64,000 nt of DNA from Rhodospirillaceae bacterium BRH_c57 (GTDB lineage Bacteria; Pseudomonadota; Alphaproteobacteria; Rhodospirillales; Rhodospirillaceae), in NCBI GenBank assembly GCA_000961745.1, contig LAEA01000219.1, forward strand, positions 722 to 64,721, read 5' to 3'. Positions 1-9,695 of the stretch are shown here, in pieces; positions within the stretch are counted from its first letter, which is position 1; each line of letters opens with the position of its first letter. The notes under the pieces were generated by a model. The model had not been told where the DNA came from. It ran no database searches and saw only the letters and a list, made by a program, of their open reading frames with translations. The position numbers and the translations under genes were made by a program.

Positions 1-738
1 GTGGCGCCCCGCCACGTCATCGAGGATGGGACCGACCAGCGGCACATCGCGCAGGTCCCGCACGGTGAACAGCCCGGCCCGCAGGCCGTCGTCGATGTCG
101 TGGGCGTTGTAGGCCACGTCATCGGCCAGCGCCGCCACCTGGGCCTCGGCACTGGCGAAGGTGTGCAGTTCCAGGTCATGCCCAGCCACGTATTCGGTGA
201 TGGCCAGGGGCAGCGGCTTGCTGTCGGGCAGGCCGACCAGCGGGCCGTTGTGCTTGACCAGCCCCTCCAACGTCTCCCACGTCAGGTTGAGGCCGTCAAA
301 AGCGATGTAGCGGTGTTCCAGCTTGGTGAGAATACGCAGGGACTGGGCGTTGTGATCGAACCCCTGATAGTCCTTCATGCAGTCACGCAGGGCGAACTCC
401 CCGGCGTGGCCGAACGGCGTGTGGCCCAGGTCATGGGCCAGGGCCAGCGCCTCGGCCAGATCCTCGTTCAGGCCCAACGAGCGCGACACCGACCGGGCGA
501 CCTGCGCCACCTCCAGCGAATGGGTCAGCCGGGTGCGGTAGTTCTCGCCCTCGTGATATACGAAAACCTGCGTCTTGTACTGCAGGCGGCGGAATGCGCC
601 GCAGTGGATGATGCGGTCCCGATCGCGCTGGAAGGAATCCCGCTCGGTGGTGCCCGGCTCGTCATGCAGGCGCCCCCGCGACCGCGCGGGATCGCAGGCA
701 AAGGGCGCACGGGGAATTTGGGCGACATGCGTGTTCAT
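1..738 (-). CDS. dgt: Deoxyguanosinetriphosphate triphosphohydrolase (dGTPase), 3' part runs off the window
   Basis: Not in the ORF track. Manual minus-strand translation from ATG at 738 gives [25 protein letters not shown]...[24 protein letters not shown]...[13 protein letters not shown], the dGTPase N-terminal signature. Divergent from erpA as usual. Confidence 0.93.
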   Translation of the reverse strand, partial: MNTHVAQIPRAPFACDPARSRGRLHDEPGTTERDSFQRDRDRIIHCGAFRRLQYKTQVFVYHEGENYRTRLTHSLEVAQVARSVSRSLGLNEDLAEALALAHDLGHTPFGHAGEFALRDCMKDYQGFDHNAQSLRILTKLEHRYIAFDGLNLTWETLEGLVKHNGPLVGLPDSKPLPLAITEYVAGHDLELHTFASAEAQVAALADDVAYNAHDIDDGLRAGLFTVRDLRDVPLVGPILDDVAGRH

Positions 739-866
739 GGCGGGCACACTACCCCCGCCCCCGGCCTCAGGCAACGCCCGAGTGGGGGCACACTCCTTGC
801 CATTCGGCGTCGCCGGGCCTAGATTTGAAGCATTCCACGGAAACCGCCGTTTCATAGGGACCCATC

Positions 867-1232
867 ATGACCGCAACCGATACCGTCCCCGATGCAGCTA
901 GCGCCGCCGACGTCCAGCTCACCCAAAGCGCCGCTGCCCGCGTTCGCGTGCTGATGGAGGCCGAAGACAACCCGGCCCTGATGCTGCGGGTCACGGTGTC
1001 GGGCGGCGGATGTTCGGGGTTCCAGTATGGCTTCGACCTCGACACCAAGATCCAAGATGACGACCGCGTGCTGGAACAGCACGGCGTGAAGCTGGTGGTG
1101 GACGAGGCGTCCCTGGACCTGCTGCGCGGTTCGGAAATCGACTTCGTCGAGGACCTGATGGCGGCAGCGTTCCAGATTCGCAACCCCCAGGCCACCTCGA
1201 CCTGCGGCTGCGGAAACTCCTTCGCCCTCTGA
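867..1232 (+). CDS. erpA: Fe-S cluster insertion protein ErpA (HesB/IscA family)
   Basis: LRVTVSGGGCSGFQYGF and NPQATSTCGCGNSF motifs; dgt-erpA-xth synteny. Confidence 0.93.
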   Translation: MTATDTVPDAASAADVQLTQSAAARVRVLMEAEDNPALMLRVTVSGGGCSGFQYGFDLDTKIQDDDRVLEQHGVKLVVDEASLDLLRGSEIDFVEDLMAAAFQIRNPQATSTCGCGNSFAL

Positions 1233-1277
1233 TGCCTACCAGCCCTCTGATACCTACCAGCCCTCTGATACCTACCA
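1224..1277. repeat. 3 x 18-bp tandem repeat GCCCTCTGAT(G/A)CCTACCA
   Basis: Units at 1224-1241, 1242-1259 and 1260-1277; each carries the erpA end (GCCCTCTGA) and the end of the convergent gene (CTACCA). Confidence 0.95.
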
Positions 1278-1985
1278 GTTTGTGCAGCGGCGTGAGACGG
1301 CGGCATAGTGCTCGCGCGTGTCGCGCCGCGCGGCGTATCGCGCCTGGGTCGCCTGGAAATCCCGCACCAGCGGGGCGAGGCCGCGCGACAGCTTCTCCAG
1401 CGGCTTTTCGCGGGCCTGCCTCTTTGACGTCACCGTCATCGGATTGAGCTTTGTGGCGACGGCATGTGCTTCGCGCTGGAACGTCTGGGTAAAGCCCTCC
1501 AGAACCGCGAGGTTATCCTCCACGTGGGCCTGTTCATGCTCCAGGATGGCGGCGTACTCGCAGCCCCCCACGGGATAACCCCGCGGGATATAGACGGTCT
1601 GGTCTGTGAAGCCGATGCGCAGATCAACATGGGTGACGTGCACGCACCACTTGCCCGGTCCGGCGGCCGCCATACGCCCGCGCGTCGATTTGCTGAACCT
1701 GAACTCCGCCACCGTCAGCCCCACGGTCCGCCACCTCGGCGAGGCGATGCCGGCCGACCTGCCGGTGCCGACCGTCGCACGGACGGCGCCGATTTCGGCC
1801 AGATCGAGCGTATGGTCCAGGCGCACCCCGCCCTTCTCCACATGCACCGTCACCTCGGGCGGCGGCTGATCAGCCGGGCATCGCGCCGCTGTGGCCGGAA
1901 GTGCGCCGAGCAGGACCGCGAAGCCTGCTCCCACGCTCCAGACTATGGTAGAAGGAACGCGGAAACCTCTGAAGCCGAAGGACAT
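1272..1985 (-). CDS. Secreted protein with HExxH motif (DUF922-like putative Zn-dependent peptidase); start uncertain
   Basis: Signal-peptide-like N-terminus ending ALPATAA; ILEHEQAHVED motif; several Cys. Confidence 0.6.
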   Translation of the reverse strand: MSFGFRGFRVPSTIVWSVGAGFAVLLGALPATAARCPADQPPPEVTVHVEKGGVRLDHTLDLAEIGAVRATVGTGRSAGIASPRWRTVGLTVAEFRFSKSTRGRMAAAGPGKWCVHVTHVDLRIGFTDQTVYIPRGYPVGGCEYAAILEHEQAHVEDNLAVLEGFTQTFQREAHAVATKLNPMTVTSKRQAREKPLEKLSRGLAPLVRDFQATQARYAARRDTREHYAAVSRRCTNW

Positions 1986-1986
1986 C

Positions 1987-2763
1987 ATGGTCAAGATCGC
2001 CACCTGGAACGTGAACTCGATTAAGGCCCGCCTGCCGATCGTCCTGGCGTGGCTCGAAGAGGCTGCGCCCGATGTCGTGCTCCTTCAGGAACTCAAGTGC
2101 CAGGAGGACGGCTTTCCCGCACTCGAAATCGAGGCCCTGGGATACCAGGCGGCGGTGGTCGGGCAGAAGACCTACAACGGCGTCGCCATCCTGTCGCGTC
2201 AGCCGCTGCGCGTGACCGAACGAGGCCTGCCCGGCAACGGTGACGACCCTCAGGCCCGCTACGTGGAGGCGATCGTCGGCGACTCCTTGCGGGTGGCGTC
2301 GATCTACCTGCCCAACGGCAACCCGGTCGGGACCGAGAAGTACCCCTACAAACTGGCCTGGATGGACCACCTGCGGACCCATGCCCAGCGGCTCCTCACC
2401 CACAATGGAATAACGGTTCTGGGGGGCGATTACAACGTCTGCCCGACCGATGAGGACGTGTATGATCCGGTCGGCTGGGCCGACGACGCGCTGTGTCGCC
2501 CGGAAAGCCGTTCGCGCTACCGCGCCCTGCTGAATCTGGGCTATACCGACGCCTATCGCGCGCTGAATCGCGAACCCAACCGCTATTCGTTCTGGGACTA
2601 CCAAGCCGGTGCGTGGCAGAAGGACAACGGCCTGCGCATCGACCACCTGCTGCTGTCCCCACAGGCCGCCGACCGCCTCGTCGCCAGCGGCATCGACCGG
2701 GGACCGCGCGGCAAGGAAAAGGCCTCCGACCACACCCCCGTATGGTGCGAAATCAACCTATAA
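1987..2763 (+). CDS. xth: Exodeoxyribonuclease III
   Basis: MVKIATWNVNSIKAR, LQELKC, YNGVAILS, GDYN, RIDHLL and SDHTPV motifs; AAGGA RBS before ATG 1987. Confidence 0.96.
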   Translation: MVKIATWNVNSIKARLPIVLAWLEEAAPDVVLLQELKCQEDGFPALEIEALGYQAAVVGQKTYNGVAILSRQPLRVTERGLPGNGDDPQARYVEAIVGDSLRVASIYLPNGNPVGTEKYPYKLAWMDHLRTHAQRLLTHNGITVLGGDYNVCPTDEDVYDPVGWADDALCRPESRSRYRALLNLGYTDAYRALNREPNRYSFWDYQAGAWQKDNGLRIDHLLLSPQAADRLVASGIDRGPRGKEKASDHTPVWCEINL

Positions 2764-2895
2764 CATATGATAGCATACGGAATACCCGGCCTAAGACCCC
2801 ATTTTAATGTGGCCTTTATCCGGGACATCTGGCAATCCTAAAGACTGTTCCTGCAGCTCATGGGGGTCTGCGGACGGTTCAAGGACGCCATCAGC

Positions 2896-4011
2896 ATGAA
2901 CGACAATCGCATGCAGCGCCTCCAGAGCTTCGCCCGCATGGAGTCGCCCATCGACCCGGACACGTTGGCCGAAGCCGTCTCCGCCATGTGCGTGGAGGAC
3001 GCCGCGCCGCTGGGCGCTGCCGAGGCCGCGCTGGCCCATGAAATCCTCATCCAGGTCTACCGCTCCGTACAGGCCGACATGCGCCGCATGCTGGCCGAAC
3101 GCTTCGCCACGCGCAGCGATGCCCCCCACGCCCTGGTCGTCGCCCTGGCCAATGACACAATCGAGATCGCGCGCCCGATCATCCGCCTCAGTCCGGTACT
3201 CGGCGACGAAGACTTGGTGCGGGTGGTGGTCGATGGCAGCCGCGACCATCGACTGGCCGTGACCGAGCGCCCTGCCCTGTCGGCCCGCCTCTGCGACGTG
3301 CTCGTCTACCTGGGCGACGCCGACATCGCGGTGCGCGTGGCCAGCCATCCGCACGCCGTCGTTTCCGCCCACGCCCTTCAACGCCTGGTCCTGGCATCGC
3401 GCGAGACGGCGGCCCTACAGCCGATTCTTTTGCGCCGACCGGAAATGCGCGATGATCTGGCGGCCGCCATGTACCACTGGGTCGCCGACGATCTGAAGGC
3501 CTTCATTGCCGAACACTATGGCGAGGCGCTCGCCCGCCACCTGGGACCGGACGTTGACGCCGCGGCCAGTTCCATGCGCCGCCCTGCCATATCGGCCAAC
3601 GACGATATCGCCCTGCCACCGGCCGTCGCCAAGCTGGTCCAGGCACTCAGGCGCGGCGACATGCTGACCGCCGAACTGGAAATGCAGCGCCTCACCCGCC
3701 TGCCGGAATTCGCAGTGTCCCGCCTGCTGTACAATGACACCGGCGAAGGCTTGGCCATCGTCTGCCGCGCCTCCAGCGTCGATCAGACCACATTTGGCGA
3801 GATCTTTGCCCTGCTCCACGCCGACGGACCGGCCGCAACGTTCATCGAGAGCAAGGCTTTTAACGCCGCCGTAGCATACTACAAACACCTGACGTTGCGG
3901 CAGGCCGACCTCATCCTCGACGGCTGGCGTATCAGCCCACGCTCCGTATGGGGCGACGCCGGCCACACCAACGCCGCATGGTCCCGCCGCCGCACCGCCC
4001 CCGACGCCTGA
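2896..4011 (+). CDS. DUF2336 domain-containing protein
   Basis: LANDTIEIARPIIRLSPVLGDEDL...HRLAVTERPALS pattern typical of DUF2336; start placed at MNDNRMQ after AAGGA. Confidence 0.8.
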   Translation: MNDNRMQRLQSFARMESPIDPDTLAEAVSAMCVEDAAPLGAAEAALAHEILIQVYRSVQADMRRMLAERFATRSDAPHALVVALANDTIEIARPIIRLSPVLGDEDLVRVVVDGSRDHRLAVTERPALSARLCDVLVYLGDADIAVRVASHPHAVVSAHALQRLVLASRETAALQPILLRRPEMRDDLAAAMYHWVADDLKAFIAEHYGEALARHLGPDVDAAASSMRRPAISANDDIALPPAVAKLVQALRRGDMLTAELEMQRLTRLPEFAVSRLLYNDTGEGLAIVCRASSVDQTTFGEIFALLHADGPAATFIESKAFNAAVAYYKHLTLRQADLILDGWRISPRSVWGDAGHTNAAWSRRRTAPDA

Positions 4012-4100
4012 GCGCGCTGAAATTGAACCACCTTCTGGTGGACTATCGCCCACGCCCAGTGGGGACCCATGGCCCATAGGCGTTAACTTAAGGGGAAGTG

Positions 4101-4280
4101 CTGGGCTCTGCCCAGACCCGCCAAGGGCCGAGCGGCCCTTGGATCCCATGAGGAGTTCCGCGCCTTTCTTGCGCCGCAGTCAAGCAGCCTCTCGGCATTT
4201 GATGCGCTGCGCGCAGCTTTGCCCCGTCAAATCACGAGGTCAAGGAGGCTGGCCTCCTTGCGAGTGCGGGCAGAGCCCGC
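4101..4280 (+). repeat. Class-I ~180-bp palindromic intergenic element (MITE/REPIN-like), copy A
   Basis: CTGGGCTCTGCCCAG-ACCCGC-CAAGGGCC..GGCCCTTGG ... TTGCGCCGCAG ... ATGCGCTGCGCGC ... CAAGGAGG..CCTCCTTG-GCGGGCAGAGCCCGC; homologous to 24755, 25620 and 46704. Confidence 0.9.
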
Positions 4281-4301
4281 CTTCCTTAACCTGCCCACCC
4301 C

Positions 4302-5516
4302 TCAGGCGAAGACGAACGGCACCGGCGCCGATAGCCAATCGTCCTGGTCAACGACGGTGCCTGCGGCAGCTTGGGTGCGGGCGATTGGCAGCGCCTCGAC
4401 CATGCGGCGATCGGTGAGGGCATAACGACGGTCCAGGTCGATGGCGTCGATGCTGGGCAGCACGTCGCCAAAAACCTCCCGGTACAGGCCGTTCATCATG
4501 GCGTAGCGGCCGCTCATCAGCATATTGACGGCGTTTTTGACACGGTCCACGTCCTGCGGCCCGCTCATGTGCAGGGCGGTGGCAGCCATGACCGAGACGG
4601 CGTGCAACACATCGTATTTGACGTGGGCGATGAAGATGTCGAGATCGTGTGCAGTCAGCGGTACAGCCTCGCGGTCGGTCCAGCGGATGATACCGCCGAG
4701 CAGCAGGCTGAAGAACTCCGGGACGCCCCACTCCATGCCCAGCCCGACCGAGGCCAGGGCCTCCAGCGGCGTGAAGGCGGGGTCGCCGGCGACCAGACGC
4801 TGGATCAGCACGTTGTCGGCCACCTCGGGCAGCAACGGTACGTCCTGCTCGATCAGCGGCACGCCGAGGGCGTCGAGCATCCGCCGGTACAGGGCCATAT
4901 GGGTGGTGGAACGGAACAGCGCGTCGAGCGACGGATAGTCGTCCAGGCCACTGGTGCCGACGCCGTATTCGTCGGCCACCAACTGCGCCAAGACCACCTG
5001 GGTCACCTCGGACACCGGCTGTGACAGGGCGCCATAGGGCAGATCGGCCAAGCCGTGGAAGCGGGCGATGGCCAGGGTGACGCATTGCCGGGTGTTCTTG
5101 ACCTGATTGAAGTAGTTCAGCGCAAAGGTGCGAAGCTGCACGGCATCAAACCGCCCCTCGAACATCCGAACAAAGAACGGATGGCGCCACACCGGGTGAG
5201 CCATCACATGGTCGTGCAGATCGTCGAACAGGCCGCCCAGGCCGCCGGCTTCAAAGATCACGCTGCGGGCGAACGGGGTGTCCGGCCCGGCGGCGTCGCG
5301 CATGTCCTCGAAAAGGCGGCGCAGCGGGGTGCCGGGCTGTTCGAGGTCCTTGATGACCGTCCGGAAATCCTCGGCTTGGCTGATCTTGAAGCGGCTCAGG
5401 ACCTCCTCGGCCGACAGGTCCAGAAGGTCGGGCAGATGGTGGACATGCGGCAGGACCCGCAGGCACCCGCCCACGGTCTCGACCAGATCGGAACGCTGCC
5501 CCGCCGCGCCAGCCAT
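4302..5516 (-). CDS. Heme-oxygenase-like diiron (HDO / iron-containing redox enzyme, CADD/UndA/PqqC-like fold) protein of unknown function
   Basis: HPVWRHPFF...FALNYFNQVKN, LVADEYG...THMALYRRMLDALG, GMEWG and FIAHVKYDVLH give the E...H / E / HxxxDxxH ligand spacing of HDO enzymes. Confidence 0.72.
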   Translation of the reverse strand: MAGAAGQRSDLVETVGGCLRVLPHVHHLPDLLDLSAEEVLSRFKISQAEDFRTVIKDLEQPGTPLRRLFEDMRDAAGPDTPFARSVIFEAGGLGGLFDDLHDHVMAHPVWRHPFFVRMFEGRFDAVQLRTFALNYFNQVKNTRQCVTLAIARFHGLADLPYGALSQPVSEVTQVVLAQLVADEYGVGTSGLDDYPSLDALFRSTTHMALYRRMLDALGVPLIEQDVPLLPEVADNVLIQRLVAGDPAFTPLEALASVGLGMEWGVPEFFSLLLGGIIRWTDREAVPLTAHDLDIFIAHVKYDVLHAVSVMAATALHMSGPQDVDRVKNAVNMLMSGRYAMMNGLYREVFGDVLPSIDAIDLDRRYALTDRRMVEALPIARTQAAAGTVVDQDDWLSAPVPFVFA

Positions 5517-5523
5517 GACGCCC

Positions 5524-6423
5524 TCAAACCGCCGGAGCGGCAGCGGCGGTCAAAACCTCGCCGGCGGTTTCGAGGAAACCACGCGCCGTAATCGGCTTTT
5601 CGAGGAAGGCGTTGACGCCGGCCTCCCGCGCCTGTTCCCGCACCACATCATCGCTATAGCCGGTCATCATGATAATCGGCGTCTGGACACCGGCCGCCCG
5701 CGCCTCGCGGACGAATTGCAGGCCGTCCATTTCCTCCATGCGCCAGTCCGACAGGACCAGATCGAACGTGCCGCCGCCGTGCAGGCTGCCCAACCCGGCC
5801 GCGCCGCTGTCGGCGGCCGTGATGCTGCGGACGCCAAGGCTGCGCAGGATGGTGGAAATGATGAGCTGGAAGTTGCGATTGTCCTCGACCACCAGCACCT
5901 TGAGGGTTGACCAGTTGACGCTGGCGGTCTTGCGCACGGCAGCCCCGCCGTCGCTATCCAGCGGTTCCTCGCCAAAGCGAATGGCCTCGGCCGCCGCCAC
6001 CGCCTCGGGATGGGCGGTGCAGATGGCGCGGTAGTTCATGTCCTCCTTGAGGATGTGCTCGACCAGCCAGGTGCGCAGAAAGGCCCGAACCTCGTCCCCC
6101 TGCACGGATTCGGGCTCGTCGCGGTAGCGGCTGCGGATGTCATCGACCTGGGCCGCCAGGACGACGTGACGGCGGCGGTGCGCCTCCAGTCCGGGATAGC
6201 CGGCGACTTCCTGAAGCTTCTCCTCGCGGGAGAAATGATAGTGGGTGTATTCGGACAGGGAGTTGAGGACGCTGCCGAGAATGGCCCGTTCCTCGCTGTC
6301 GCCAATGACATCGGCGACCTGGTTGAGCAGGTCAACCAGCACCTTGTGGTCCCGGTCGATAATGGCAATGCCGGTTTCAAGCTGGCTCGACCAAGCGATG
6401 TTTTCCACGGTGGTGCTCCCCAT
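5524..6423 (-). CDS. Bacteriohemerythrin-receiver (REC) fusion protein
   Basis: Hemerythrin ligands IDRDH, HFSREE, HRRRH, HILKED; C-terminal CheY-like REC (VVEDN, LSDWRM, MMTGY, LEKP); start at MGSTTVE after GGGGGA. Confidence 0.9.
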   Translation of the reverse strand: MGSTTVENIAWSSQLETGIAIIDRDHKVLVDLLNQVADVIGDSEERAILGSVLNSLSEYTHYHFSREEKLQEVAGYPGLEAHRRRHVVLAAQVDDIRSRYRDEPESVQGDEVRAFLRTWLVEHILKEDMNYRAICTAHPEAVAAAEAIRFGEEPLDSDGGAAVRKTASVNWSTLKVLVVEDNRNFQLIISTILRSLGVRSITAADSGAAGLGSLHGGGTFDLVLSDWRMEEMDGLQFVREARAAGVQTPIIMMTGYSDDVVREQAREAGVNAFLEKPITARGFLETAGEVLTAAAAPAV

Positions 6424-6477
6424 TGTCGATCCCCCGCCGGCAGCCACGACGACCACCGGCACCCCGTCGTTTCTTAT

Positions 6478-8328
6478 TTAGCGTTCAACCTGCGACACGT
6501 CGCGGACTGCGCCGAACGCGGCGCTGGTGGTCATCGCGGCATAGGCCCGCAGAGCCTGGGACACATGGCGGGTCCGGTTGACCGGCTTCCACGCCTTTGC
6601 CCCGCGCGCGTCCATGGCAAGGCGTCGCTTGGCCAGTTCGGCATCGTCCAGCCGCACGTCGATGGTGCGGTTGGGGATGTCGATGTCGATGATGTCCCCC
6701 TCCTCGATCAGCCCGATCGGCCCACCCTCGGCCGCTTCCGGCGAGACGTGGCCGATGGACAGACCCGAGGTTCCGCCCGAGAAGCGCCCGTCGGTGATCA
6801 AGGCGCAGCTTTTGCCCAGGCCCATCGACTTGATGTAGCTGGTCGGATAGAGCATTTCCTGCATTCCCGGCCCGCCGCGTGGCCCTTCGTAGCGCACGAC
6901 GACCACATCGCCAGCCACCACGTCGCCAGCCAAAATGCGGGCCACCGCCTCGTCCTGGCTCTCGCACACCTTGACCGGGCCGGAGAACGTGAGAATGCTT
7001 TCGTCCACCCCGGCGGTCTTCACGATGCAGCCGTCGCGGGCGATGTTGCCGAACAGCACGGCCAAGCCACCGTCCTTGGAATGGGCGTGTTCCATGTCCC
7101 GGATGACACCCTTGGCGCGATCCCGGTCCACTTCGGTGTAGCGGCGGGCCTGAGAGAACGCCTCGGTCGTGCGCACGCCGCCGGGACCGGCCCGGAAGAA
7201 GATATCCACGTCGGGGTTGTCGGTGCCCATCACGTCCCACGCCTTCAGCGCATCGCCCAGGGTGTGGGCCTGCACGCACGGCAGGTCGGTATGGATGAGG
7301 CCGGCGCGGTCCAGTTCGGCCAGGATACCCATGATGCCGCCGGCGCGGTGCACGTCCTCCACATGGACGTCGGGCACCATCGGCGCGACCTTGCACAGGT
7401 TGGGCACGCGGCGCGACAGGCGGTCGATGTCGGCCATGGTGAACTCCACCCCGCCCTCGCGCGCCGCCGCCAACAGGTGCAGCACCGTGTTGGTGGACCC
7501 GCCCATGGCAATGTCGAGCGTCATGGCGTTCTCAAACGCCTTGAACGACGCGATGTTGCGCGGCAGTGCCGAGGCGTCGTCCATCTCGTACCAGCGCTTG
7601 CACAGGTCCACGATGCGGCGGCCGGCTTCCAGGAAAATCTCCTTACGGTCGGCATGGGTGGCCAGCATCGTGCCGTTGCCGGGCAGCGCAAGGCCCAGGG
7701 CCTCGGTCAGGCAATTCATGGAGTTGGCGGTGAACATGCCCGAGCACGACCCGCAGGTCGGGCAGGCCGAGCGTTCATAGGCCTCGACGTCCTCGTCCGA
7801 GACGTTCTTGTCGGCCGCGACGATCATGGCGTCGATCAGGTCGATGGACTTCTCGCCGGTCTTGAGAATGACTTTGCCGGCCTCCATCGGGCCGCCGGAC
7901 ACGAAGATGACCGGGATGTTCAGCCGCATGGCGGCGATCAACATGCCCGGTGTGATCTTGTCGCAGTTGGAGATGCACACCAGCGCATCGGCGCAATGGG
8001 CGTTGACCATGTACTCGACGGCGTCGGCGATGACCTCGCGCGAGGGCAGCGAATACAACATGCCGTCATGGCCCATGGCGATGCCGTCATCGACCGCGAT
8101 GGTGTTGAACTCCTTGGCGACGCCGCCGCACAGCTCGATCTCGCGGGCGACCAGCTGCCCCATGTCCTTGAGGTGGACGTGGCCCGGCACGAACTGCGTG
8201 AAGGAATTGGCAATGGCGATGATCGGCTTGCCGAAATCCGAATCCTTCATGCCCGTGGCGCGCCACAGGCCGCGCGCGCCGGCCATGTTGCGACCGTGGG
8301 TGGAAGTGCGGGAACGATAGGCTGGCAT
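6478..8328 (-). CDS. ilvD: Dihydroxy-acid dehydratase
   Basis: [51 protein letters not shown] and [11 protein letters not shown] motifs. Confidence 0.98.
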   Translation of the reverse strand: MPAYRSRTSTHGRNMAGARGLWRATGMKDSDFGKPIIAIANSFTQFVPGHVHLKDMGQLVAREIELCGGVAKEFNTIAVDDGIAMGHDGMLYSLPSREVIADAVEYMVNAHCADALVCISNCDKITPGMLIAAMRLNIPVIFVSGGPMEAGKVILKTGEKSIDLIDAMIVAADKNVSDEDVEAYERSACPTCGSCSGMFTANSMNCLTEALGLALPGNGTMLATHADRKEIFLEAGRRIVDLCKRWYEMDDASALPRNIASFKAFENAMTLDIAMGGSTNTVLHLLAAAREGGVEFTMADIDRLSRRVPNLCKVAPMVPDVHVEDVHRAGGIMGILAELDRAGLIHTDLPCVQAHTLGDALKAWDVMGTDNPDVDIFFRAGPGGVRTTEAFSQARRYTEVDRDRAKGVIRDMEHAHSKDGGLAVLFGNIARDGCIVKTAGVDESILTFSGPVKVCESQDEAVARILAGDVVAGDVVVVRYEGPRGGPGMQEMLYPTSYIKSMGLGKSCALITDGRFSGGTSGLSIGHVSPEAAEGGPIGLIEEGDIIDIDIPNRTIDVRLDDAELAKRRLAMDARGAKAWKPVNRTRHVSQALRAYAAMTTSAAFGAVRDVSQVER

Positions 8329-8423
8329 GGCTCTCCCCAAGCATGATCATCCGCCCATACGGGCCATTGTTCTATAAGGTTTAGACCGTCGTAACACCCA
8401 ATGCAATGGCCCGAAGCGGCCGG

Positions 8424-9695
8424 TCAGCCATACAGCGCGGAACAAATCACTACCGACCCGACCACGCCCGCCACGTCGGCGCACAGGGCGGCCACCAAGG
8501 CGTGACGGACCTTGCGGATGCCGACCGACCCGAAGTAGACCGCCAGGACATAGAACGTGGTTTCCGTGGACCCCTGGATGGTGCTGACCAGATAGCCCGC
8601 GTAGCTGTCCGGGCCGATGGCCGGGTCGTTGATGATCGACGCCAGGATGCCGTAGGCGCCCGACCCCGACAACGGCCTCAGCAACGCCATGGGCAGCGCC
8701 TCGGCCGGCATCCCCAGGGGTTCGGTCAGGATACCAAGAGGCATCACGATGAGGTCCATGGCGCCGCTGGCCCGGAACATGCCGACCGCCACCAGGATGG
8801 CGACCAGATAGGGGATGATTCGGATGGCGACCTGGAACCCGTCCTTGGCGCCCTCCACAAACGCCTCGTAGACCCGCACGCGGTTGGCGACGCCATAGCC
8901 CAGCAGCAGCACCGCGAGGCCCGGAATGATCCACGGCGCGATCTGCTTGCCCCACAGGATGGTCAGCGGAATGAGGCCCAGGAACGCCGCCATGACCAAG
9001 GCCGACACCCAGCCTGGATAGGAGCCGGTGATCACGTCGGCGGCGTCCTCGGCCGGGGCGGCCTCCTGAACCGGTTCCTGAACCGGAGCCGGCATCGGGT
9101 TCCGCCCCTGCAACAGCTTGGCCATGAGGATGGCAACGGTGGTCGAGCACAGCGTGGCGAACAGCGTGGTCGGCACGATACCGGCCGGATCCTGCGACCC
9201 GGCGGCGGCGCGCAGGGCGACGACTCCGGTCGGTAGCAGGGTCACGGCGCTGGTATTGATAGCCAGAAACAGCACCATGGCGTTGGTCGCCGTGCCCTTG
9301 AGCGGGTTCAGCTTGTCCAGCTCCTGCATGGCGCGGATGCCGAACGGCGTCGCGGCATTCCCCAGGCCCAGAACGTTGGCCGACACGTTCATGATCATCG
9401 CGCCCATGGCCGGATGCTCAGGCGGCACCTCCGGGAACAGGCGGGTCATCACCGGGCGCAGCAGCTTGGCGATGACGGTCAGCAGGCCCCCGGCCTCGGC
9501 CACCTTCATCAGGCCGAGGAAGAACGTCATCACGCCGACCAGCCCAAGGGCCAGCTCGACCGAACTGGTGGCCGTGTTGATGACCGCCGTGGACAAGGCA
9601 TCCATGGGCGTCACGTCGGCCGGGCCGTTGGTCAACTGATACCACGCAGCCACCACGAAGGCGGTGAGGATGATGCCGAAAAACAGGCCGTTCAT
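8424..9695 (-). CDS. Fused SpmA/SpmB (nucleoside-recognition Gate domain) membrane protein
   Basis: ANVLGLGNAATPFGIRAM, LRPLSGSGA and GSTETTFYVLAVYFGSVG motifs; start MNGLFFG overlaps the HAD gene stop. Confidence 0.9.
   Translation of the reverse strand: MNGLFFGIILTAFVVAAWYQLTNGPADVTPMDALSTAVINTATSSVELALGLVGVMTFFLGLMKVAEAGGLLTVIAKLLRPVMTRLFPEVPPEHPAMGAMIMNVSANVLGLGNAATPFGIRAMQELDKLNPLKGTATNAMVLFLAINTSAVTLLPTGVVALRAAAGSQDPAGIVPTTLFATLCSTTVAILMAKLLQGRNPMPAPVQEPVQEAAPAEDAADVITGSYPGWVSALVMAAFLGLIPLTILWGKQIAPWIIPGLAVLLLGYGVANRVRVYEAFVEGAKDGFQVAIRIIPYLVAILVAVGMFRASGAMDLIVMPLGILTEPLGMPAEALPMALLRPLSGSGAYGILASIINDPAIGPDSYAGYLVSTIQGSTETTFYVLAVYFGSVGIRKVRHALVAALCADVAGVVGSVVICSALYG

Noticed and set aside
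1-822. 273-aa plus-strand ORF in the track
   Set aside because: Antisense shadow of dgt; the minus frame carries the dGTPase motifs.
4088-4289. TTAA on both sides of class-I copy A as a target-site duplication
   Set aside because: Not reproduced at copies B and D and only partly at C, so ends and target duplication cannot be defined from this window.
6010-8346. 778-aa plus-strand ORF
   Set aside because: Antisense shadow of ilvD and the hemerythrin gene, typical of high-GC codon bias; no motifs.
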